Assembly: GCA_012225525.1 (NCBI GenBank)
Contig: GCA_012225525.1_3923.1
Reading direction: 5' to 3' (one strand)
Source of the DNA: a phage
Length of the DNA: 64,000 nucleotides
Shown piece after piece: positions 18,207 through 27,256 of the stretch. The position numbers were made by a program, and so were the translations under genes. The notes beneath the pieces are model-generated. The model did not search any database and was not told the origin of the DNA. It saw only the letters and a program-made list of their open reading frames with translations. Numbering within the stretch: position 1 is the first letter of the stretch; each line of letters starts with the position of its first letter.

Positions 18207-20573
18207 ATGCGCATGGTAAATGACCACGCAGAAGTGATTAAGAGTTCAACTTCTTTAGAGACGTCTCAAGCACAGATTACAATGACACCTGAGATGTTCA
18301 GCCTTTTGAGTTCTGGTGTATATACCTTTAAAGAAAGGGCAGTGATTCGTGAACTGTCATGTAACGCAGTAGATGCTCAGAAAGAAGCTGGAAAAGAGAA
18401 CATCCCGTTCCATGTGCATTTACCTACTCGTTTTGAGCCTTACTTTGAAGTTCGTGATTTTGGAACTGGATTGACTCATGATAAAGTTATGAGTTTGTAC
18501 CTAAACTACGGGGCTTCTACGAAGAATGACTCTAATGACTACATTGGTGCAATGGGTATCGGCTCAAAATCCCCATTTGCAATTGCTCAGTCATTCACAG
18601 TATCTAGCTATGTTGATGGTGTTGTTAATAAGTACTCTGTTTATCTTGAGAATGGTATCCCTCAAGTAACTAAGCTGACCACTAACCCAACAAAAGAACC
18701 TAATGGTTTAGCTGTACGTGTGGCAGTTGCTGACCACCGTATCTCAAAGTTCTTTGAAGAAGCTGGAAATGTGTACTCATACTTCACTGTAAAACCAGAA
18801 AGTAATATTGAGTACGACGATGTATTAGCAGATATGAACGTCATTGCCCGTGAAGAAGGTGTTTATGATGCCATGATTCATAAGCAAAGCTGGCGTTCTA
18901 GTGGTAATAGGACAGAGTTTAATGTGGTGATGGGTAATATTGCCTATCCAGTGAACATGGAAGCATTACTTGGTGATGATTTCTTCAAAGTCTTGCCAGA
19001 GTTTTTCCGTAGGAGCGTAGACCTTGTAAACATCTACATGCCTATTGGTTCAGTTGCTATAGCCGCTTCTCGTGAAGCATTGCAGATGAATGATACGACA
19101 AAAAATGTTATCATCGAGGCTACCAAAAAGATAACTGAAGCAATTACAAAGGATGTTATCAAGAAAGTTAATAGCCAACCTACACTGATGGATGCTGCAC
19201 AGGCTTATGCAGAGTTACGTTTGAACTCACGAGAGATGTTTAATGCTGTGTGTCCAAAGCTAGAGTGGGGAGGCGTTAAGCTTGATTCTCTGGAAGAAGA
19301 ATTGTTAAACATTCGTCGTGGAATTATCTACGCAGAAGACGGCTCAGTCATTTATGAACGTGACGGTAAAGGCAATATTAAGGTTGATAGGAACGGGAAT
19401 AATATCCCTAAAGTAGATTATCTTTATAACCCAGTTGCTTATGTCAAGTTCAACTCTTTAGAGAGTAAGATTCGTGCAACAGCACTTTCCTACACTCAAG
19501 AGGCAAGTATGTTCAATATCTTTGGTGCAATGCGTAAAAGCCAAATTGAACAGTTTTTGTTCGTGATTAATGACCGTCGCAATAAAAACGGTACTGAGAA
19601 GACTGTAGGACGCAATCAAATCTTGCGTGGTGCATGTCGAGACTACGCTAACGAGTCAAGTCTGTTCCACAGATACAATGGTATTGTGTTTGTATTCTCG
19701 ACTGAGAAAGAGCTAGATGACTTAATCAATCTGCACAAACTTGATAAAAGCTTGTTAAAGATTGTGAAGATGTCTGATAAGGAACATCACTATCAGCGTA
19801 AAGAAGCTGTAAGAGGTGTTGTAAAACTCTGGAAAGCTGTTCCAGCAGAAGGTGTAGCTTCCTATAAAGAGGTTTCAGAGGACTTTGATACAATTGAAGA
19901 ACCTCAGCTTTACATTAAGGCAGTTGGTGACACAGTTGATGGCGAATGTTTTTGCTCATCTCCAGAAGATGTGGCTAAGTCAGTTGCTAATGTTATAGGG
20001 AAGACAGTCTATGTTTTCCGAAAAGCAAATTGGAAAAAGATACCAGAAGACTGGATTGAAGTAGATGAGAAGCTCTTGAACGACAGCTTAACTGATGTTC
20101 ATTGGATTAATCATAACAGGTATATGACACGCATCTACATGAATGGTGTTCTTGACCTTACAAGCAGTTGGATTATTGCCAGAAACTTTACATTCAATAA
20201 CAGGAAGATTTCTCGTGGCTATTGCTATTCACGAGATACTAGCAAAACTATCTTCCTAGAAGGTAATGAAGAGGCTGTAGAGGCTATGTTCGGTAAAATC
20301 CAGTATGTTGCTGCACCGTTTGCATACACTTACACTATTAGCAGATTGCAAACTTTGAAAGAATGCCTTGACAATGATACAAAGCTTTACAAGAAAATTA
20401 AGAAAGCTGGTGACCGTATGGTTATTAAGGTGACAAACTACCTTTCAAAAAGAAAACAAGAAAACTTCTTGCTTTCTCATTTAGATTGGAATAAAGTGTC
20501 ACCCATCGAAGTGAGTAAGTTCTTAGGCTTTGATGTGAAGTGTGTTCCAGAAGGAACTACAGTTTACGATTAA
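18207..20573 (+). CDS. GHKL-superfamily (HSP90/MORC/GyrB-like) ATPase domain protein, 788 aa
   Basis: N-box ELSCNAVDA, G1 box VRDFGTGLT, G2 box GAMGIGSKSPF in the N-terminal 130 aa. Confidence 0.55.
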   Translation: MRMVNDHAEVIKSSTSLETSQAQITMTPEMFSLLSSGVYTFKERAVIRELSCNAVDAQKEAGKENIPFHVHLPTRFEPYFEVRDFGTGLTHDKVMSLYLNYGASTKNDSNDYIGAMGIGSKSPFAIAQSFTVSSYVDGVVNKYSVYLENGIPQVTKLTTNPTKEPNGLAVRVAVADHRISKFFEEAGNVYSYFTVKPESNIEYDDVLADMNVIAREEGVYDAMIHKQSWRSSGNRTEFNVVMGNIAYPVNMEALLGDDFFKVLPEFFRRSVDLVNIYMPIGSVAIAASREALQMNDTTKNVIIEATKKITEAITKDVIKKVNSQPTLMDAAQAYAELRLNSREMFNAVCPKLEWGGVKLDSLEEELLNIRRGIIYAEDGSVIYERDGKGNIKVDRNGNNIPKVDYLYNPVAYVKFNSLESKIRATALSYTQEASMFNIFGAMRKSQIEQFLFVINDRRNKNGTEKTVGRNQILRGACRDYANESSLFHRYNGIVFVFSTEKELDDLINLHKLDKSLLKIVKMSDKEHHYQRKEAVRGVVKLWKAVPAEGVASYKEVSEDFDTIEEPQLYIKAVGDTVDGECFCSSPEDVAKSVANVIGKTVYVFRKANWKKIPEDWIEVDEKLLNDSLTDVHWINHNRYMTRIYMNGVLDLTSSWIIARNFTFNNRKISRGYCYSRDTSKTIFLEGNEEAVEAMFGKIQYVAAPFAYTYTISRLQTLKECLDNDTKLYKKIKKAGDRMVIKVTNYLSKRKQENFLLSHLDWNKVSPIEVSKFLGFDVKCVPEGTTVYD

Positions 20574-20578
20574 AGTGT

Positions 20579-20608
20579 TTGACAAGGGGCTTCAAAGCCC
20601 CTTAGAAT
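20579..20608 (+). promoter_or_regulatory. promoter-like TTGACA/TAGAAT with hairpin in the spacer
   Basis: TTGACA at 20579, hairpin AAGGGGCTTCAAAGCCCCTT, TAGAAT about 18 bp downstream. Confidence 0.35.
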
Positions 20609-20652
20609 AGCCTTACAAAATGATTTATTAACTAACAAGAGAGAGTAATAAG

Positions 20653-21762
20653 ATGACTACTAAAACTAAAGCACAGATTGACGCAGAAATTTACAAACTG
20701 GTTAAAGAAGGTAAGCTGACTAAAACAGCTATTGCACAGAAATTTAATACTTCAACCCGTTCAGTTGGTCGTGCTGTAGAGCGTCATGAAGCAACCTTAA
20801 AAGGGAATAAGAAGGCGACTTCTACACCAGCTACGAAAACTTTGAAGCAAGTTGCTAAGACCTTTAAGAAGAAAGCTGGCAAACCAGTTGAAAAGGCTGT
20901 TAAAGACACTGTACAGAAAGCTCCAGTAAATAAACTGCACGAAGCTATGCAGAAAGATGACAAGATTGAGTACATGATTACTGGTGATTCTGTAATTATG
21001 ACTTATGGTTCAGAATCTGAAATTGTTGAGTCTACTCATCCGAACTATCAAGAGATTGTAGTTCATGTTGTGAAAGGTGAGTTCAAGAAAGCATTTGAAC
21101 TGATGAACATTCGTAAGTCTATCGAAAACTTCACTCAGGGTGCTATCACAATCAAAGGTGACAAGCTATTCTACGGTGCTGTTGAGATGCGTTCTACTCT
21201 GGTTGACCGTATTCTTCACATGATGAAAACTGGCGATAAAGGTTTTGAACGACTTGTAATGTTCTTCGAAAAACTGATGGAAAACCCATCTAAAGATTCT
21301 GTAGAACAACTTTGGGGATTTGTATCTCACCTTGATGTTGAAATTGATGAAGAAGGCTACATCATTGGTTGGAAGAAAGTCTCTACTCGTGAAGGCAAGC
21401 TGGTTGACTCTCACACCTACAAAGTTCCTAATGATTTGGGTAACATTGTAGAAATGCCACGTTGGATGGTTGATAATAACCGTAACGTAACTTGCTCTCA
21501 AGGTCTTCATGTTGGTGCTTGGGATTATGTTCGTTGCTTCTCAGGTGATACAATCCTGAAGGTTCGCGTACATCCACGAGATGTTGTATCTGTTCCAACT
21601 GATTACAACGATATGAAGATGCGTTCCTCTCGTTATGAAGTTGCAGCAATCGTTGATAATCAACGTAAAGTGCTGGAAGCATGGGACGGTAAGACTGAAG
21701 CTTTGCATGTCATCGTTGGCACTGCTGGTGAACTCATCTCTCAACGTAAACGTGAAATCTAA
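20653..21762 (+). CDS. hypothetical protein with N-terminal helix-turn-helix-like segment
   Basis: TKTAIAQKFNTSTRSVGRAVERHE near N-terminus followed by Lys-rich linker. Confidence 0.4.
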   Translation: MTTKTKAQIDAEIYKLVKEGKLTKTAIAQKFNTSTRSVGRAVERHEATLKGNKKATSTPATKTLKQVAKTFKKKAGKPVEKAVKDTVQKAPVNKLHEAMQKDDKIEYMITGDSVIMTYGSESEIVESTHPNYQEIVVHVVKGEFKKAFELMNIRKSIENFTQGAITIKGDKLFYGAVEMRSTLVDRILHMMKTGDKGFERLVMFFEKLMENPSKDSVEQLWGFVSHLDVEIDEEGYIIGWKKVSTREGKLVDSHTYKVPNDLGNIVEMPRWMVDNNRNVTCSQGLHVGAWDYVRCFSGDTILKVRVHPRDVVSVPTDYNDMKMRSSRYEVAAIVDNQRKVLEAWDGKTEALHVIVGTAGELISQRKREI

Positions 21763-21778
21763 TAAGTAATTTCTTAAA

Positions 21779-21801
21779 AGGCTGCTTCGGCGGCCTTTTT
21801 T
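21779..21801 (+). terminator. intrinsic terminator hairpin
   Basis: AAGGCTGC-TTCG-GCGGCCTT followed by TTTTTT. Confidence 0.6.
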
Positions 21802-21862
21802 ATTTGTATTTTGTGCAGAGTGCTGTATAATTGTTGTCACGATAAACTAAACAGGAGAACCA

Positions 21863-22411
21863 ATGAAGAAATTGATTCTAGGTTTGTGCTTAATGTTTAC
21901 AGCACACTTATCTTATGCAGTTGACTGCCCAGAGCTATCAATTAGCCAAAAAGTGAACATGTTAAAAGCTTACCAGTATGGTGAGAATAACATGGGTAAA
22001 GGTTGGGGTATCACTCTAGCAGCTATAGCCTTACAAGAGTCAGAGTTAGGTCTGAAGGTAGAAAATAAAAAGACCCATGACTATGGTATCTTCCAGAATC
22101 ACTTGAAGACTGTTGTAAAGCGTAACAAAATTAGTCCTAATGTTGCTAAAAAGAAACTCTTAAAAGATTTTGACTATGCCGCAAAAGAAACACATAAAGA
22201 GCTTGAGTTTTGGACGAAGGTACATGGTCACCCAAAGTCAAAGAAGACTTTACAAAAAGTTTTAGCATCATATAATGCTGGGTATTCGTACAGAATCCCT
22301 AAAGCTAAGAAATACTCTCAAGATGTCTATAACAATATGAAAGTTATCGCTCAATGTGAATTTGCAACAAACATTTCTAAGGTAAATCATGAAAAAATTA
22401 AGAAAGTCTGA
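21863..22411 (+). CDS. secreted lysozyme-like / lytic transglycosylase-like protein
   Basis: Signal-peptide-like N-terminus MKKLILGLCLMFTAHLSYA; QESELG...YGIFQNH resembles SLT catalytic region. Confidence 0.4.
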   Translation: MKKLILGLCLMFTAHLSYAVDCPELSISQKVNMLKAYQYGENNMGKGWGITLAAIALQESELGLKVENKKTHDYGIFQNHLKTVVKRNKISPNVAKKKLLKDFDYAAKETHKELEFWTKVHGHPKSKKTLQKVLASYNAGYSYRIPKAKKYSQDVYNNMKVIAQCEFATNISKVNHEKIKKV

Positions 22412-23084
22412 TGAAGTCCTGTGCCACGCTTATGACTTGCATCCTCATGAGTTAGGTCTTGATTCCTGTGTATGGACTCCAGAACAGTGCAGAGATTTTG
22501 AAGACACTGCAAGAGAGGTTGTATGTTCACTTGAAGAGTTCCACACATCAGAACCCATTGTGAACGTTGTGGACAAAGAGACTGGACAAACTATAGGTGT
22601 AAGGCGTGATAGTTTAGTGATAGTCAATAAAGACCTTGTAGAAAAAGGTAACCTCATCTTAGCAGATATTGATGGTGTTCTTACAAATTTTAATCACGAA
22701 GATTGCTCAACGGAATTGACTGATGGGTCATTCTCACAGTACACTAATCTTCTTGATTCTGTAAGAGCAAAACCAACATATGTTTTCAACATTATTGATG
22801 CAATTGCAAATCATGCAGCAGTTGGACTCTTGACAGCAAGAGGTGAATCTCAGAGAATACCTACTGAGATGTTTTTAAGGCACAATATAGAGCATGATTA
22901 CTTGCTTTTTATGCGTGGTTTTGGAACTAACTCTATAAGTGCAGAAAGTTTGAAAGTGAGGATGATTCAGTCTTGCATTCTTCCTTACTTTAATATAGTA
23001 TGCTTTATAGAAGATACAGAGAAGAATGTTCAGAAGGTAAACAGAATCCTTCCACACATTAAAACCATGTTAGTTAAACATTGA
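22389..23084 (+). CDS. HAD-superfamily hydrolase-like protein
   Basis: ILADIDGVLTNF matches HAD motif I (DxDG[TV]L). Confidence 0.4.
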   Translation: MKKLRKSDEVLCHAYDLHPHELGLDSCVWTPEQCRDFEDTAREVVCSLEEFHTSEPIVNVVDKETGQTIGVRRDSLVIVNKDLVEKGNLILADIDGVLTNFNHEDCSTELTDGSFSQYTNLLDSVRAKPTYVFNIIDAIANHAAVGLLTARGESQRIPTEMFLRHNIEHDYLLFMRGFGTNSISAESLKVRMIQSCILPYFNIVCFIEDTEKNVQKVNRILPHIKTMLVKH

Positions 23085-23095
23085 GAGAAGAACTT

Positions 23096-23560
23096 ATGAA
23101 CAATATCATTACGGTAGCACTGGACGATACGGCAAACAAATCTGAAGTAGTTCGTAAAATGATTCAAGGTAACTTTGAAGGTAAAATTTTCCGTGCTGTT
23201 AATGTAAAAGCTGATGGCAGCATTCGTGAATATCGTGCATTGTTGAACGTTAAGAAGCACGTAAAAGGTGTTGGTTCAACGACTGCACACAAAGAAAACC
23301 TGATGACTATCTATGATATGGGTAAGGCTTCAGAGTTAGGTGCTGAAGGTATCGTTAAAGAAGGTGCTCCGTATCGCTCTTTCAATCTGGAAACTACCCT
23401 TATGCTTTCCTTTACAAGTGGTTCCAAAACAATCACTTATCTCTTTACTGATGCTGCAACGGTATCTGCTATTAAGGATAGCACTGTCAAAGCTGGCGTA
23501 GTTGCTGCTGCAAAAGCTTCTTCGATGGCTGCGAATATCCTTGCTAAAGTCCTCGGTTAA
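23096..23560 (+). CDS. hypothetical protein
   Basis: ATG 23096 inside track ORF 23081..23560. Confidence 0.4.
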   Translation: MNNIITVALDDTANKSEVVRKMIQGNFEGKIFRAVNVKADGSIREYRALLNVKKHVKGVGSTTAHKENLMTIYDMGKASELGAEGIVKEGAPYRSFNLETTLMLSFTSGSKTITYLFTDAATVSAIKDSTVKAGVVAAAKASSMAANILAKVLG

Positions 23561-23571
23561 GGTTAAGATAC

Positions 23572-23593
23572 AGGCTCCTTCGGGAGCCTTTTT
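23572..23593 (+). terminator. intrinsic terminator hairpin
   Basis: AGGCTCC-TTCG-GGAGCCT followed by TTTT. Confidence 0.6.
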
Positions 23594-23612
23594 CATTTCA
23601 GGAGATTGTTAA

Positions 23613-23960
23613 ATGACATTTAAAGAGTTCTGTCAAGCTACTTTCATAATTGTTTTCTTAGTTGGGACAGGTGTCTGGGGAGGATACTCTTACAGAGACT
23701 ACCAAGTTGCTGAAACTGAGCTAAACAACCAGAAGCTAATAAGTGTTGCTAAAGATGCTTATCAGGAAGGATTAGCTACACTGAGCACCAATTACAAAAA
23801 TGATTTGAAAGACGTGCTTGCTAAGAATAAGCACACAAAAGAGGTACTGACATATGAAAAGACTAAGCCAGAGTTTTATAATGTTTGTGTTACTGATAAC
23901 TATGTCAGGGTGTTCAACGAACAAAGTGAACAGTACATTCAAAAACTCCCAAGTAAGTGA
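23613..23960 (+). CDS. i-spanin-like protein (N-terminal TM segment plus coiled-coil periplasmic part)
   Basis: FIIVFLVGTGVWGGY TM helix then charged helical region; a lipoprotein ORF is embedded in the +1 frame. Confidence 0.35.
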   Translation: MTFKEFCQATFIIVFLVGTGVWGGYSYRDYQVAETELNNQKLISVAKDAYQEGLATLSTNYKNDLKDVLAKNKHTKEVLTYEKTKPEFYNVCVTDNYVRVFNEQSEQYIQKLPSK

Positions 23961-24123
23961 GAGTGATAAGTACACTCAAGAAGAATCACGGTATATCATC
24001 AAAGGCAACACAGGCAGTGATGTAGCAGCAGCACTTGAGTTCTACCGTGACGGCTTTTACCAGTGTACAATTAAAGCTAATAACCTTATTGACATGATTT
24101 TATTAGGGAATAAGCAGCAATGA
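23854..24123 (+). CDS. lipoprotein, possible o-spanin, overlapping 23613..23960 in another frame
   Basis: Signal peptide with lipobox-like ITMSGC; starts inside the upstream gene. Confidence 0.3.
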   Translation: MKRLSQSFIMFVLLITMSGCSTNKVNSTFKNSQVSESDKYTQEESRYIIKGNTGSDVAAALEFYRDGFYQCTIKANNLIDMILLGNKQQ

Positions 24124-24389
24124 CAGAGAATCAAGACACTTTCTATGTAGAAGGTTACTTACTGTTACCACGACCAAAAGAAACTTATATGCGAATCGAT
24201 TTCTTACCAACCATTATGGATAATGTGATGTGTCATATCTTTATGCAAGGTGTCACAGCACAGCTTAAGCATGTTGGTAAAGATTGCAAAATAAAGGTTG
24301 ACACTCATCCAGAAATCAAAGAGAATCACTACACATGGTTCTTACCAGATTCTAAAGAAATCTTAGCAGTTCTTAAAACGAGGAAGTAA
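24120..24389 (+). CDS. hypothetical protein
   Basis: Track ORF. Confidence 0.35.
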   Translation: MTENQDTFYVEGYLLLPRPKETYMRIDFLPTIMDNVMCHIFMQGVTAQLKHVGKDCKIKVDTHPEIKENHYTWFLPDSKEILAVLKTRK

Positions 24390-24391
24390 CT

Positions 24392-24718
24392 ATGCAGATT
24401 AATGGAAGAGACTTTGTAGCCGTTTACTACGAGAAAGATAAAGAAGTTGGCGTAGCACAAGTGTCTTATAGCAATGGTAAGTGGCTATATGGAACAATCG
24501 CAGTAGTTGGAACAAGAAGTGATACAAAAACTTTTAAAGATTGTGTTGACCTTCTTGAAGAATCCATTCAGAATCATTGGTGTCTGATATGGATGACTGA
24601 CAATGAAGTGATAGAACGCTTCAAAAAGATTGATATCAACATTGATAGTATTGAGCATGTTGATTTATATGAGCTAACTGAGAAGGTAAACTATGAGAGT
24701 AATTCTAGCCAGAGATAA
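24392..24718 (+). CDS. hypothetical protein
   Basis: Track ORF. Confidence 0.35.
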   Translation: MQINGRDFVAVYYEKDKEVGVAQVSYSNGKWLYGTIAVVGTRSDTKTFKDCVDLLEESIQNHWCLIWMTDNEVIERFKKIDINIDSIEHVDLYELTEKVNYESNSSQR

Positions 24719-24920
24719 AAAGACACGGAAACTCATCCGGTCAGCAGTATTCATTGGAAGAAATGAAGTCATCCCGTTTACAGCAAACGATGTGATAGCC
24801 TACAGGAAAAACTTAGTATTTAGTGATTGCTTGCGTGGCTTCATCTCCCAACCGTTGGAAGACTTTAAAAGCCGTTGTGGTAAAGGTATCATCATTCAAG
24901 AGGCAATTATCAATGGCTGA
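24693..24920 (+). CDS. hypothetical protein
   Basis: Track ORF overlapping neighbours. Confidence 0.25.
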   Translation: MRVILARDKKTRKLIRSAVFIGRNEVIPFTANDVIAYRKNLVFSDCLRGFISQPLEDFKSRCGKGIIIQEAIING

Positions 24921-25113
24921 CTTCTGCAAAGACTGTTCTATAGAAATGTTTGGACGTGATACAGGTGACTTAAAAGGTCTTATCACTGAGGATGACTTTA
25001 AAGCTGGCTACGCAATGCCAGTAATCTGTGAAGGCTGTGGGTGCATCTGGGTAGACCACGAAGGACAGCGTGTAAAACCTTCAGAAGATAAAGAGTCTTG
25101 GGAGAGATGTTAA
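24913..25113 (+). CDS. small zinc-ribbon-like protein
   Basis: ATG 24913 (MADFCKDC...CEGCGC) within track ORF 24823..25113. Confidence 0.3.
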   Translation: MADFCKDCSIEMFGRDTGDLKGLITEDDFKAGYAMPVICEGCGCIWVDHEGQRVKPSEDKESWERC

Positions 25114-25899
25114 ATGGGTATTGTAAAAATAATCAATGGTGATATCTTTGCCGCATTTGATAAAGGTAAGTTTGACATCATCGGTCACGGTTGCAACTGT
25201 ATGAATTTAATGGGTGCAGGTATCGCTGACAAGATTTCTAAACTTTACCCAAAAGCATATGAGACCGATACAGAAGTTTATCTATATGCAGGTGGTATAG
25301 GACACAAACCCTGTGAAAATTTACTGGGTAATTTCTCTGTAGCACGTTTAAAACAAGGTCGTATAGCTAACCTTTACACTCAGCTTAAGACTGGTAAAGA
25401 TGCCCGATACAGTGCTTTAGAGTCATCTTTGAAACAGCTTAACAGATACTGTGAAGTTAATCAGTTGAAGAAAGTTGGTTTACCTATGATTGGTGCAGGT
25501 ATTGGTGGGCTGGACCCTCAAGCTGTCATAGTTATCATCAATCAGGTGATGAAGAGTGTAGATGTTTATCTGTATGTCTATGAAGGAGAGATGTACCACA
25601 AGTTACGCTCAGGTTGGAAGAACTACTGTGAACCAGAATACTTTGCAGGTGTAGCAGTGTTCACAGATAACGCAGTTACCCTCTTCAGACGAAGAAAAGG
25701 TAAGATACATCAAAGTAACCCTCCGGTTGAAAAGATGTCTCTGAGTAACGCTCTAGTTACCCACCTGTCGAAGAGCAATCACAGGATTGCAGTAACATTT
25801 GGCAGTGATGCAGATACTTATATCTATGCAAGAACTGATGAGGATATCGAGACAGTTTTCTCTTCACCAGAAGTTACCTTCTTAGACGCAAAGAACTAA
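25114..25899 (+). CDS. macro-domain-like protein (ADP-ribose binding/processing)
   Basis: INGDIF...FDIIGHGCNCMNLMGAGIADKI and GLPMIGAGIGGLDP resemble macro domain N-terminal and Gly-rich motifs. Confidence 0.5.
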   Translation: MGIVKIINGDIFAAFDKGKFDIIGHGCNCMNLMGAGIADKISKLYPKAYETDTEVYLYAGGIGHKPCENLLGNFSVARLKQGRIANLYTQLKTGKDARYSALESSLKQLNRYCEVNQLKKVGLPMIGAGIGGLDPQAVIVIINQVMKSVDVYLYVYEGEMYHKLRSGWKNYCEPEYFAGVAVFTDNAVTLFRRRKGKIHQSNPPVEKMSLSNALVTHLSKSNHRIAVTFGSDADTYIYARTDEDIETVFSSPEVTFLDAKN

Positions 25900-25967
25900 G
25901 AAACTCTGTAGAATATTCACAATAGACTAAGCCTTTCTTATCTGGTAAATTTTTCAGGTAAGGAGGG

Positions 25968-26153
25968 CTTTTTCATTTCAGGATTGTGCAGGTAGAGTTC
26001 TGTAGAGAAATCTGTAGAGAGAATTTTGAACTCCAAAGAGAAAATTCATTTTCAAACTGTGCAGGTAATCTCCAAAGAGCTTTTTCATTTTCAAAACGTG
26101 CAGACCCCGCTCAGGTCGGGCAAGAAAAATCATTTTAGAATTGTGCAGGTAGG
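25968..26153 (+). repeat. four imperfect direct repeats of about 26 bp (TTTCATTTTCAAA-TGTGCAGGTA)
   Basis: Copies at about 25968, 26040, 26078, 26125; also duplicated TCTGTAGAGA and CTCCAAAGAG. Confidence 0.7.
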
Positions 26154-26154
26154 T

Positions 26155-26205
26155 TTTTATAGAGAGCCAGACCAACCCCTCTCCCCCTCTTACTCCCCCT
26201 CTCCC
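26155..26205 (+). repeat. polypyrimidine C-rich tract
   Basis: CCAGACCAACCCCTCTCCCCCTCTTACTCCCCCTCTCCCC. Confidence 0.6.
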
Positions 26206-26327
26206 CAAAAGTCAAGAGAAAAATTTGTAGTGGATTGAAAAATAATTCTTGATTTGTGTTCTGTTTTGTGGTAGTCGCGTGCGCCCGTTTCATTACAGTT
26301 TTGCTAAAAATATTTTTAAAAATTTTC

Positions 26328-26356
26328 TTGACTCTTTGAACGGGGTTATCTAATAT
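26328..26356 (+). promoter_or_regulatory. sigma70-like promoter
   Basis: TTGACT-17 bp-TAATAT upstream of first small gene. Confidence 0.55.
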
Positions 26357-26408
26357 TTGCATCAGACGGGGCGACAAGCTCAACAACCTTAAACTAGGAG
26401 ATTCAAAA

Positions 26409-26789
26409 ATGGCATATCGTGCACCTAAATTCATCAACAAAGACAACTTTCGCAACGCACTGGAGAAGTCACTTGATGAAAATTTTAAAGGTAACATTAT
26501 CGTTGTTCACGCATTCAATTTTAAGTATGATGTAAACGGGAATAGAATCAACCATTACACGGCAACCATGTCAGATGGTACACTTTCAAGTGAAAAAGCC
26601 GTACTAAATGCACTGGCAGGACGTGGAAAGGTATTAGTAAGATGTGATAAGAGACGTTATCAGGGCGGCGCATATGGTTATGATGATGCTGTTTACCATC
26701 TTGAAAATATGGGCTATCAAGTAGAAAAAGCTGGAGCATCACAAATCATCGGCAGCGATGGTTATGTAACAATCTTCAAAATTAACTGA
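26409..26789 (+). CDS. small hypothetical protein (array gene 1)
   Basis: Preceded by TTAAACTAGGAGATTCAAAAATG leader. Confidence 0.5.
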   Translation: MAYRAPKFINKDNFRNALEKSLDENFKGNIIVVHAFNFKYDVNGNRINHYTATMSDGTLSSEKAVLNALAGRGKVLVRCDKRRYQGGAYGYDDAVYHLENMGYQVEKAGASQIIGSDGYVTIFKIN

Positions 26790-26877
26790 TAAAGTACTTT
26801 ACAAGGGGCTTATAGTTCGATAAAGTAAGCCCCAGATAAAGAGCTTTACCACTAAATCCTAAATTGGAGATTCAAAA
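26786..26877 (+). repeat. cassette type B copy 1
   Basis: CTGATAAAGTACTTTACAAGGGGCTTATAGTTCGATAAAGTAAGCCCCAGATAAAGAGCTTTACCACTAAATCC...GGAGATTCAAAAATG. Confidence 0.75.
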
Positions 26878-27168
26878 ATGGCTACTATCAAAAACGTTGT
26901 AATTCCTGTAAAAACTCGTGATGACGCTCGCATCATGGCGAAAAAGTTAGGCGGGAAAGTGGTTGACAACGGAAAACAATCTGCTGTAAGATGGGGTGTG
27001 AAGGCTGATAAACAGTTGAAGTTAAAAAATTCACCAATAAATCTTTTTACATGTGTAAACACTATCGGAAAGACAAATGTATACACGAAAAAGGCATATA
27101 TTAGACGCGTAGCCTTAACATCTCCAATTCGTACAATGAGAGGTTATGCAAAGCTGAAAATTAACTGA
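26878..27168 (+). CDS. small hypothetical protein (array gene 2)
   Basis: Follows cassette B. Confidence 0.5.
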   Translation: MATIKNVVIPVKTRDDARIMAKKLGGKVVDNGKQSAVRWGVKADKQLKLKNSPINLFTCVNTIGKTNVYTKKAYIRRVALTSPIRTMRGYAKLKIN

Positions 27169-27256
27169 TAAAGTACTTTACAAGGGGCTTAAAAGTTGGT
27201 ATCTTAAGCCCCAGATAAAGAGCTTTACCACTCAATCCTAAACTGGAGATTCAAAA
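27166..27256 (+). repeat. cassette type B copy 2
   Basis: Same architecture, hairpin GGGGCTTAA...TTAAGCCCC. Confidence 0.75.
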
